Of a stretch of DNA of 64,000 nucleotides, positions 56,228 to 64,000 are shown one piece after another. Origin of the DNA: a virus. Location: the UHGV virus genome UHGV-1353888; one strand, given 5' to 3'. The translations under genes were made by a program, and so were the position numbers. Numbering within the stretch: the first letter of the stretch is position 1; each line of letters opens with the position of its first letter. The notes beneath the pieces are model-generated. The model made no database searches. It worked only from the letters and a program-made list of their open reading frames with translations, and was not told the origin of the DNA.

Positions 56228-56412
56228 TTGTCAATCCCTTTCCTGCTTTTAATCCCTTTCAATTTCTCTCCTAATTCTTTAAGCCGCGCTTCCTCTTCCG
56301 TAAGCTTTCGATTTCCCTGCTTAATCCCTCGGTTTATGCGCCTAAAATCCTCGGAGAGTTTATCCAGTTTCCGCCTCAACTCTATAAACTGTTCGGTACT
56401 GTTAATTGCCAT
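56224..56412 (-). CDS. Small coiled-coil protein (first gene of the - strand block)
   Basis: 62-aa charged helical peptide. Overlaps the HNH start by 4 nt. Confidence 0.35.
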   Translation of the reverse strand: MAINSTEQFIELRRKLDKLSEDFRRINRGIKQGNRKLTEEEARLKELGEKLKGIKSRKGIDK

Positions 56413-56869
56413 GTCTCCTTTATATAGTAGGCACGCCGTTTTTCAAGCTTTTTGTGCGCCATTTCCCCGCTTTTCAAGCTTTTTACAGTGTACCGCAATT
56501 GTTGCGTTAGCCCTAAAAACTGCACCATTACTGTTACTTCTGGCTTTCTTTGGACTTTCTCCCGAAAATCGTCGCACAGAAAGGGGCCTAAAAGGGCCTT
56601 TTGAGCAGGGAGCCTTACTATTATACCCGGCGATTTTGCCCGCCCGTATACGCAAACCTCATGCGTTTTATTTTCGCCAATTCCGCACTTTTCGCCCTAA
56701 ACGTACTAAGTGCACCTAAAATGGTACATAAATCCTCCATTCGTAACGGAAAGAGTACTATTCACTTTTTATACAACTGTATACATTCTAGAAAGAATAC
56801 AACGTTGTATTCTTTTCGTACCGTTATAGGTACTGGTTCGTACCATTTCCGTGCTATACGCCCTAAACG

Positions 56870-57095
56870 GTCTTCCCGTTCGTGTAGGGAGTAACGGGCA
56901 TTTCGTCCTTTTCGTTCGTGTAGGGAGTAACGGGCATTTCGTTCTTCCGTCCTTCTGGTCCATGTAGTTCGATTAGGGCGTGTAGTGCGTATAGCTCCAT
57001 CCTTTCAGTCCCTATAGTTCGATTAGGGCATTCCGTTCACTTCGTCCTTTAAGTCCGTATAGTGCGTTTAGGGCATTCCGTTCACTTCGAGCGTT
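56870..57095. repeat. Iteron array. Two 36-bp-period direct repeats (CGTTCGTGTAGGGAGTAACGGGCATTTCG) and two roughly 45-bp repeats (TAGTTCGATTAGGGCATTCCGTTCACTTCG), all with a TAGGG(C/A) core.
   Basis: Direct repeats at 56877-56905 and 56913-56941, at 56975-56989 and 57016-57030, and at 57027-57045 and 57071-57089. Inverted GCCCTAAA copies at 56510, 56693 and 56857, and GCCCTAA(A/T) at 58228 and 58649. Confidence 0.7.
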
Positions 57096-57100
57096 TCGAG

Positions 57101-57118
57101 TTTTACATTTTTGTAAAA
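57101..57118. promoter_or_regulatory. Palindrome TTTTACATTTTTGTAAAA, copy 1
   Basis: Perfect inverted repeat. A second copy lies at 57441-57460. Each is followed within about 40 nt by GTTTCCTATTGACCCCTT. Confidence 0.5.
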
Positions 57119-57440
57119 TATCAACATATCATGATGTGTAAATATGTTGTTTCCTATTGACCCCTTCACTACATATCAGGGCATATAATGGGAGAGACAC
57201 ACTATATGTAGTGTTCTCTGCTCTATCAGGCACCAATCATTTTGACGAATATCAAAATGTAAAACTAAAAATTTATACGTTTGAGAGGTTTTGTATAAAG
57301 ATTATATACACTTGTATACAAAGTGAGAGTAAAAGGTATTTGTTTCCCATTGGCACCATACATCATGTAGTGCCTATTGGTTACGGGAACACTACATACA
57401 GGAGTCATGATAACATATCTACATATCATGATATGATGAT

Positions 57441-57460
57441 GTTTTACATTTTTGTAAAAC
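57441..57460. promoter_or_regulatory. Palindrome GTTTTACATTTTTGTAAAAC, copy 2
   Basis: Perfect 20-bp palindrome, followed by CTGTTTCCTATTGACCCCTT as in copy 1. Confidence 0.5.
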
Positions 57461-58239
57461 TAAAAGGAGAGAAGCCCCTTCTGTTTCCTATTGACCCCTT
57501 TATATTTCAGAGCAGGAAAATTCCAACACTCCGGACTTCACGCACTAAACGCCCCTTTACGTTCTAAGTCAACACGTTACGCATATCCGCAACCGATTAG
57601 GCATTACAAACGTTTCTCGAAATTATCTCTTAAAAAACAAATGTTATTTCATAGTACGTATTGATTATTAGGGACTTACGTTTTCAATGTCGTACATAAA
57701 CGTAATGATAATATTAGTTCAGAAAGGTACGCTATCGGCGTAGAATACAATAAGCCCCCTGAAAAAGGTACTTGAATCGGTGCATTTCGGACGGAAAAAT
57801 CGCTTAGAACGTGAAGGGCACCACGACGGTGACTCCCCCTTCGAGCGTAACGCGCTCATTAGTAAATCATTAGGTCACATTTTTCCGGAAATGGGGTTTC
57901 TGATTTTTCAAAATGGGTCCCATGCCGAGGGGACACCACGGGTCTCGATTGCCTTTTCCTGCTCCGGCGTGGGCCTAAAATAGGCGAGAGGGGGTACGTA
58001 TGGACAGACTGTACGTGAACGGGGGTGTGAGGGGCCTTCTATGGGCCTACGCATAGGTGAGTGCGGTTGAGGTCATTTAGCCCGGAAGGTCCATATTGGG
58101 ATGGAAATTCCTGAACTATTTTCATAACTGCCTCAGTGATAATCATTTTATGGAGCAGGGAAGTCCAAATAATCCGATTGTGTGATGATGTGTATATTTT
58201 GAATACGAGATAACTTCACTCTCCAGGTTACGCCCTAAA

Positions 58240-58400
58240 TCCTTAATTTTTAATAATATATAAATACTGTGTACTATGTAATATCTAATTACTATATAGA
58301 GGTATAAAAATATTTATTATTTAATATAAAAATAATACCAAAAAAGAAAAGAAGAAAAGACGAAATTGAAAAAGTAAAAAAAAATAATTCTAGGTCTATA
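58240..58400. other. AT-rich tract (over 85% A+T) inside the non-coding region; candidate DNA-unwinding element
   Basis: TTAATAATATATAAATACTGTGTACTATGTAATATCTAATTACTATATAGAGGTATAAAAATATTTATTATTTAATATAAAAATAATACCAAAAAAGAAAAGAAGAAAAG... Confidence 0.45.
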
Positions 58401-58893
58401 TGGGGGAGGGGGGAATAACAACACACACTATGCCCCCTTTTTCCACTGCTTGTATTTACATATTAAAGGGTTATGGTGTGAAAAGACACGTAAATATCGT
58501 GAATACGCATCTGCACACTTTTTGATACAGTAACACAAGTTTTCACCACGTTATCCCAAATTTATACCTGTTTTAACCCCATTTTGTACATTACCATTCT
58601 ATCTTGGGATATTCTGTTATTCTCTAAAAAACACCAAATCGAATCGCCCTACACGCCCTAATCGCACCTAATCGTACCTAAGCGGACCCTATCGCACTCC
58701 CCGTTCTCTACGTCCTCTTCCTCCCAAAACCCCCTCTACGCCCCTCTCCTCCCCAACTTTTTCTCTCCGCACACGCAAATTTAGGTTGACTCTTTCTCTG
58801 CTACCTGCTATACCTCTCCCACACGCGAAGGACCTGTTTTACCCCCTCGCACCACCAAATGCCACATCCTATGTGGCCAAACACTAATCGAAC

Positions 58894-61800
58894 ATGAACC
58901 CCGTAGAATACGATAAGCCCACTTCGGGCGGTACGGACCTGACCATTGTAGCCTTGTCTGCTCAGTCATGGTCCACCTGTTATAGACGGAATACAGCCCG
59001 CCGAGCCCATGTGGGGAGTTGTAAAAACCCCGCACTTCTCCCATTTTCCAAGCTGGCAAGCTTCCTGCAAAGCGGAGATAACCATAATCTTTCCCTGCTC
59101 GAAGAAGTAAGCAATCAAATTTCAGTACACTACTGTATCTCAAATGGTATTAAACCTGACGAAGTTGAGGGCATTTTGCCGGACGGGGTGTACAGTTATG
59201 GCTTGAAAAGCTTGAGCGGGATGGAAAAAGAGGAGGCGGCGAAGATTTCAAAAGCCCACCTCCCGGCTATTGTCCCCTCTGTTATTTTCGACCCTTCCTA
59301 CAGCTATGCCGACATGTCCCCGAAGAAAGCCGTCTCCTACTACGGCGAAAGCTGGAAGCATACCGGGGTCTTCGGATTTGACATTGACCTGGGCAAGGAT
59401 GGCAACACGGACGATGCGGACGAGTTGTACGATATGGGCGTTTCTTTCTTTTCCACCCTGCCGGGCTTCCTGCTCCTGTTCCGCAGTCCCAGCGGTGGAT
59501 TGAAGGTGCTTATACAGGTAGACGGAGCTACGCGGGTTCGGTTGAACGAAGGTAGCAACGAAGGAAGGATAGCGTTGCACAAGGCCATCTACAAGCGGAT
59601 TAGCGAGGGGATTAACGAGAGTGCCCCCTTCGTGCTTGACTCCCGTACCAACGATGTAGCCAGGATTCAGTACCTTTACCGGGAACCGGGCTACGTATAT
59701 GTACCATCCGAATTAGATTCGAATGGTACATACTCGGGGTTGGGCCATTGGGATGCACGGGATATTTATGCGGAGAAGGATGCGGATTCCCTCCATTTGC
59801 TGGACGAAGAAAACCGAAAGGCTTTGCCTTCCAGCTTGTTGGGCTTTATATCCTACCTGCACGATACGGGCTACGTGAGCTACGCGGAGCACCTGGAAGG
59901 TAATCTCGTAGGGTATGCGGACGGGTTCAAGTGTTCCTGCCCCTGCTGTATTGAAGAAGCGGGAGGGCAGATAGGCAATACGGACTTGTGGTTCATACCG
60001 GGCGACGGGGACATGAATACGTGGAGAGTGACCTGCTTCCATGAGAGCTGTAAGACCGGGAAGGGCACTAAGACCGGGAAGGACATTACCAGCATGGCCG
60101 AGCTATACCGCGGGTATGAGAGCTATTTAAGCGAGAAGGTAAGCAACCTAACTAGCGAAGCGGTAGCCTCGGCGAAGGAAAAAGAAAAGGAGCCGGAAGA
60201 AGGGGAAGAAAATATAGCGTTCGATTACATGCGGGACTACATTACCTCCCTGCTCCAATCCAACAGCAAGACCCGTTACCGGGTGAACCCTCCTTACAGC
60301 ACTGAGCAGATACTTGAGGGCGCGAAGCCCTGGGCTGGCAAGCTTATCATGGAAGAATATACCGTGAAGAGCAAGGGCCGCCCGAAGAAGGGAGAAGAAG
60401 GAGAAGAGGGCGGCGAGAAGAAGGAAAGGCCCGCGATTTGCCGGGAGAACCTTGAAATCATCCTTGCTGAATGCTTTGACATCTTCGTTACCTACAATAC
60501 TGTTTCCCAGGAATACTGGGCGATTGATACCAAGAACAGGTACGTATCCAACTGCTATAGTATCGACCAGTTCCGGAAACCGCTGGCCTATGCTGTTCAT
60601 GAGTTCGTGTACAAGCCGTTCGGGGTAGCCTACGGGATGGTGGATGTTGAGCTTGAACGCGCCCTTCCAGTCATCGGCAATAGCCATTACTTCAATCCAT
60701 TCCTGAAAATGATTGAGTATGATGATTGGGATGGGAAGGAGGACCGGGTGGGGAGGTTTATTGACATCCTCATTTCGGCGGTTGACCCCTCGTGGAGCCT
60801 TGATGGTGGAAGCGGAGAACTCCTGAACAAGATAAAGGCTGACATCGCACGGGACCCGAAGGGGGCTGAGAAGATTGGTTTGACCGAAGCCCTGGTGGAC
60901 CCGAAGGAATACACGAGGGAGGTGATGAAGACATTCCTCGTTTGTGCCTACCGGAAATACATACATGGTTGCGAACCCCACATGTACACCAAGGCCGAGG
61001 AGCACGACAACATGTGCCCTGTAATTTATGGTGAGCAGGGGGTGGGGAAGAACACGCTGATTGAAAGCCTTGTTACCGTGCTTGGTGAAGGCTATCTGTG
61101 GAACCCTTCCGGCCTCCGTGACATCAGTGGGGATAACAAGGACAACAACATGAAGGCTTCCTCCTGCCTTATTGCCCACCTGGACGAAGTGGACAAGTAT
61201 ACTGAGGGGGAAGAAGCGATTAGCACGTTGAAGCAGGTCATCACGAGCAAGACCAACAAGATTCGTCTTCCTTTTGCCCGGCACTTGCAGGACCTCCCTG
61301 TAAAAGTCAGCTATATCGGAAGTACGAACAAGAGTGCTTTCCTGCTCGATGCCAGCGGAAACCGACGCTTCGCTACCATCATCACCAAGGGGGGCTACAA
61401 CATGAATGAAATCCAGTGGCTACGTGCTACCAACATCTGGCCTCAGGTAAAACGGATGGCGGAAGAAGACGAAAACGTAGGCCGCTACGGGTGGTACAAG
61501 CTACAGAAGATAACCGAGCATAACAACTCAACGAACGTAATGAGCGAAGGGACCGATGTGGCCTTACTGGAACTTCTGGTTGATGCCAGCGACATCATGG
61601 ATACCAAGGGCCACATTCTTCTTCGTCACGTTAGTCAGGAGTTCTCCAACTACACGACAATCCTGGAGACCCTACGCTCTATGCAAGGGTCTACCAAGCG
61701 TGTTACCCGGAACGATGTAATGAGATTTACGAACGACATCATCAAAAAGTACGAGTTGAGCGATAGGTCCGATTTGTACAAGAGGGTCCGAAAGACACTT

Positions 61801-61914
61801 TCCGGCAAACGCCCAGGTTCCACTATCAGCAAGGTTGTCAACCAACCCTCCTTCATCCCTGCTTTCCTGTATGAAGAGATGGTCGCCGAAGGCTTGGCAC
61901 CGAGAATACGCTAA
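58894..61914 (+). CDS. Primase-helicase: AEP-type primase N-terminal domain, Zn-finger and SF3/D5-like helicase
   Basis: AEP motif I GVFGFDIDLG and motif II-like SPSGGLKVLI. A Cys cluster CSCPCC...CFHESC. Walker A YGEQGVGKNT, Walker B IAHLDEVD and SF3 motif C YIGSTNKS. Confidence 0.65.
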   Translation: MNPVEYDKPTSGGTDLTIVALSAQSWSTCYRRNTARRAHVGSCKNPALLPFSKLASFLQSGDNHNLSLLEEVSNQISVHYCISNGIKPDEVEGILPDGVYSYGLKSLSGMEKEEAAKISKAHLPAIVPSVIFDPSYSYADMSPKKAVSYYGESWKHTGVFGFDIDLGKDGNTDDADELYDMGVSFFSTLPGFLLLFRSPSGGLKVLIQVDGATRVRLNEGSNEGRIALHKAIYKRISEGINESAPFVLDSRTNDVARIQYLYREPGYVYVPSELDSNGTYSGLGHWDARDIYAEKDADSLHLLDEENRKALPSSLLGFISYLHDTGYVSYAEHLEGNLVGYADGFKCSCPCCIEEAGGQIGNTDLWFIPGDGDMNTWRVTCFHESCKTGKGTKTGKDITSMAELYRGYESYLSEKVSNLTSEAVASAKEKEKEPEEGEENIAFDYMRDYITSLLQSNSKTRYRVNPPYSTEQILEGAKPWAGKLIMEEYTVKSKGRPKKGEEGEEGGEKKERPAICRENLEIILAECFDIFVTYNTVSQEYWAIDTKNRYVSNCYSIDQFRKPLAYAVHEFVYKPFGVAYGMVDVELERALPVIGNSHYFNPFLKMIEYDDWDGKEDRVGRFIDILISAVDPSWSLDGGSGELLNKIKADIARDPKGAEKIGLTEALVDPKEYTREVMKTFLVCAYRKYIHGCEPHMYTKAEEHDNMCPVIYGEQGVGKNTLIESLVTVLGEGYLWNPSGLRDISGDNKDNNMKASSCLIAHLDEVDKYTEGEEAISTLKQVITSKTNKIRLPFARHLQDLPVKVSYIGSTNKSAFLLDASGNRRFATIITKGGYNMNEIQWLRATNIWPQVKRMAEEDENVGRYGWYKLQKITEHNNSTNVMSEGTDVALLELLVDASDIMDTKGHILLRHVSQEFSNYTTILETLRSMQGSTKRVTRNDVMRFTNDIIKKYELSDRSDLYKRVRKTLSGKRPGSTISKVVNQPSFIPAFLYEEMVAEGLAPRIR

Positions 61915-61948
61915 AAGCTACCTAACCCACCATAAACGATACTTAACA

Positions 61949-62257
61949 ATGAACACGAACACAAAACGAACAATTCCAGAACAATTCATTCGGGACGGCT
62001 ACGTATCCACCCTGCTCAAGAGGGACGGGAATGTGGCCATGTACGAATGCCGCGGCCAGGAAACCAACGTAAAATTCTTCGAGGTTGTGAAAGTCCGCCG
62101 TCACACCAGGGACAAACTGGACTTCAACATCCACGAGGGGGATGAATATCTCCCCTCCGCCCGTGAGTGGGGAACATACGGTTGGACCTTTACGGACAAA
62201 CCGCGCGCAAAGAACAAATACAAAAAGGAGGTGAAGAAGGAACAGGAACAAGCCTAA
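61949..62257 (+). CDS. Small basic hypothetical protein
   Basis: Start set at ATG 61949 (MNTNTKRTIPEQF...), right after the primase stop. C-terminal KNKYKKEVKKEQEQA. Confidence 0.4.
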   Translation: MNTNTKRTIPEQFIRDGYVSTLLKRDGNVAMYECRGQETNVKFFEVVKVRRHTRDKLDFNIHEGDEYLPSAREWGTYGWTFTDKPRAKNKYKKEVKKEQEQA

Positions 62258-62406
62258 TCTTTTCTATTCGATAGTGTTAGCCCCAGGTAGCCCGTGTTGG
62301 TTGCCTGGGGCCTTTTTGTATACGCATAGGTTTATGCGTATATAGTATGACAAAAAGGATGGAGATTGTTCTTGAAATAAGTTTGCCACAGTGGTAGGGT
62401 CTGTTC

Positions 62407-62577
62407 ATGGACACAGAACAAGATGAATGGAAATCCTGCACGACTTGCGCCTATGCCATCTGGCCAGGAGCTTCCTACCCCTGCTCGGTTTGTAACTATA
62501 AGGACATGTGGGTTCCACAGGAAGGGGATGGGGACGAAGAAGATTCCGAACATCGTGGTGAAGCCGAGTACGAATAA
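62407..62577 (+). CDS. Small Zn-ribbon protein (56 aa)
   Basis: MDTEQDEWKSCTTCAYAIWPGASYPCSVCNY...; preceded by a hairpin followed by TTTTTGTATACGCA...TAGTATGACAAAAAGG motif variants. Below the 60-aa cutoff of the ORF track. Confidence 0.4.
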   Translation: MDTEQDEWKSCTTCAYAIWPGASYPCSVCNYKDMWVPQEGDGDEEDSEHRGEAEYE

Positions 62578-62619
62578 AAGCTAAATATTATACAGTAAAA
62601 ACTTACACCTGTCAAGCCA

Positions 62620-62853
62620 ATGGGTATGAATAATAAAATCTTCGCATGCTTCAAATGTCATCTCTATTTTACGCACGAAGACTATGCTGTTGTTAACAAC
62701 GAAAAGTGCCCGGTATGCTCCGCAAAATTGGTAGCTTTAACTCCTGTTCAAATCAGTTGCGATACTTGCTCGCATATAGCTAGAAGAATAACGGAATCTC
62801 CGTGCAATCATTGCTTCGCAAAAGAAGACTATGAATTTTGGGTCCCGAATTAA
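62620..62853 (+). CDS. Small Zn-ribbon protein
   Basis: FACFKCHLYF...CPVCSAKL...CDTCSHI...CNHCF (four CxxC pairs). Confidence 0.45.
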   Translation: MGMNNKIFACFKCHLYFTHEDYAVVNNEKCPVCSAKLVALTPVQISCDTCSHIARRITESPCNHCFAKEDYEFWVPN

Positions 62854-62854
62854 A

Positions 62855-63082
62855 ATGAAGAAGATATGCGAGACCTGCCATTACTTTGGCCAGGACCCCA
62901 TAGATACTCCATGCCATATATGTGAAGAGTCTTTCTTTTGGGAACCCAGGGACCCCAACGACCCTCTTCCCAAATCTGTAACGGAACGAGATTGCAGAAA
63001 CTGCGGTTTTAGTACTCAACCCGTACACACCTATCCCTGTAGCATGTGCTATACCTTTTCCCAATGGAAATCCAAGTCATGA
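62855..63082 (+). CDS. Small Zn-ribbon protein
   Basis: MKKICETCHYF...CHICEESFFW...CRNCGF...CSMCYTF. The ATG lies 1 nt after the upstream TAA. Confidence 0.45.
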   Translation: MKKICETCHYFGQDPIDTPCHICEESFFWEPRDPNDPLPKSVTERDCRNCGFSTQPVHTYPCSMCYTFSQWKSKS

Positions 63083-63258
63083 AGAAGACCTGCATTAACT
63101 GTTGGAGAACCTTCTATCCTAATCCTGACAATGAAGATGAAATGAGAGGGTATTGCCCATCATGCAATCTTTCGTTTGACAAGATGCTAGAACATCTAGA
63201 AAAGCTAGAAGCTCTTATCATTAAAAACATTTCTAAGAAATACACACCATCAACATGA
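63079..63258 (+). CDS. Small Zn-ribbon protein
   Basis: MKKTCINCWRTF...CPSCNLSF. ATGA overlaps on both sides. Confidence 0.45.
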   Translation: MKKTCINCWRTFYPNPDNEDEMRGYCPSCNLSFDKMLEHLEKLEALIIKNISKKYTPST

Positions 63259-63773
63259 ATAAAAAAGTCGATAAACTTCTCAATACCCTCCTTACCGCGG
63301 ATGACCTCCGTGAAATCCTTTACTTGTGCAAAGCTAAAAAGACTCCCAGCTTGGCCAGGGCCATGTCCTACCTGCTCCCCTACATTGAGCACAACACCCT
63401 GGAATGGGACGAAGCCATGGACTACTTGTTTAAAGAGCAGACTTGCGCCCACGTTTTCACCTGCCCTAAATTCAAAGCGGAACCGCTTATCTTCATTAAC
63501 CCCTACATGCTCTTTCCGAACGATATGGCCGAAGTGCTCGTTGCTCGTTTTGGATGGACTACTGAGGTTTTTTGTTTGTCTGGACTCTATAACTTCAATG
63601 ACTTCTGCAAGGCCCTGGGTGGACTTCACCCGGAACTTCCCTTTGAAAGTGAGGAGAGCTTCGTGAACGCTTGGGAAGACTACCAGGAGGTAAGGTCTAC
63701 TGGTGAGATGAAGAGCTTCTATTTCAAGCGGGATAGCACAAACTCGTTCTTTAAAATTATCTTTCAACCCTAA
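63255..63773 (+). CDS. Hypothetical protein
   Basis: 172-aa ORF, followed by a terminator. Confidence 0.4.
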   Translation: MNKKVDKLLNTLLTADDLREILYLCKAKKTPSLARAMSYLLPYIEHNTLEWDEAMDYLFKEQTCAHVFTCPKFKAEPLIFINPYMLFPNDMAEVLVARFGWTTEVFCLSGLYNFNDFCKALGGLHPELPFESEESFVNAWEDYQEVRSTGEMKSFYFKRDSTNSFFKIIFQP

Positions 63774-63781
63774 ACAAGAAT

Positions 63782-63822
63782 AGCCGCGCAAGACTTCTAA
63801 CATCTTGCGCGGCTACCCTTTT
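63782..63822 (+). terminator. Hairpin terminator
   Basis: Perfect 11-bp stem AGCCGCGCAAG/CTTGCGCGGCT with an 11-nt loop, then ACCCTTTTCACC. Confidence 0.5.
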
Positions 63823-64000
63823 CACCAATCAAACATACATGAAACACATGGACTTCGATAGGTGTAAAGTACCATATATCTGTCATAATGTCAAGATGTG
63901 ATTGACTTACGAGACAGCTAATGTAGAATAGACCAATGAACAAAATCAAGTTTCAATGCTCCACTTGTTCTAACACTTTCAACTTGAATGAAACCGTTTG

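Noticed and set aside
56228-56719. 163-aa + strand ORF
   Set aside because: It runs antisense to the 62-aa gene and into the iteron region. It is low-complexity, S/F/L-rich, has a non-ATG start and no coupling signals.
57157-57567. 136-aa + strand ORF in the origin-like region
   Set aside because: It spans palindromes and repeats and has a low-complexity sequence. The region is better explained as non-coding regulatory DNA.
56413-58893. tRNA genes
   Set aside because: I scanned the non-coding stretches for GTTCGA/GTTCAA T-loop cores with flanking acceptor complementarity. None was convincing. AGTTCGATTAGGGC is an iteron, not a T-arm.
1-64000. CRISPR array or integrase/att sites
   Set aside because: No array of regularly spaced short direct repeats with unique spacers was seen. 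The repeats found are tandem iterons or intergenic modules. No tyrosine or serine recombinase signature was found.

Overview
This window looks like a tailed dsDNA phage genome segment. It could also be a prophage-free contig. It has three blocks.

**Block 1 (1-39115, + strand): late and structural genes.** It starts with the 3' end of a RuvC-like resolvase. Then come a putative large terminase, a portal-sized protein, a coiled-coil scaffold-like protein and a putative major capsid protein. Two paralogous FN3/Ig-like repeat proteins and several tail/fiber-like proteins follow. The block also carries ThyX, a SprT-like HExxH protein and a protein with peptidoglycan-binding repeats followed by a small transmembrane protein. 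It contains a perfect 280-bp tandem duplication. It ends with a giant 3284-aa protein bearing one HExxH motif and a Cys-rich protein. Strong hairpin terminators punctuate the block.

**Block 2 (39234-56412, - strand): AT-rich accessory or early region.** About 45 short genes sit here, many with 4-nt ATGA overlaps. Notable contents are:
- a tandem array of six paralogous genes, a fused two-domain homolog and a decayed copy
- a DUF3310 protein
- a GNAT acetyltransferase
- an HNH/NUMOD4 homing endonuclease
- small membrane and secreted proteins
- Zn-ribbon proteins
- a C7 homopolymer that splits one gene

Six copies of a roughly 110-bp intergenic module separate gene cassettes. Each module has a hairpin or palindrome, the motif TTGTATGACACAAG and a conserved leader of the form AAATAGAAAGACAtAAGAAAATG.

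**Block 3 (56413-58893): a 2.5-kb non-coding region.** It holds TTAGGGC-core iterons in both orientations, 36- and 45-bp direct repeats, two copies of a 20-bp palindrome, an AT-rich tract and a C-rich G-depleted leader. This is probably the origin plus divergent promoters. It is followed on the + strand by an AEP-primase/SF3-helicase gene and four tandem small Zn-ribbon genes.

No rRNA, tRNA or CRISPR array was seen. Functional calls rest on motifs read by eye, not on database searches.
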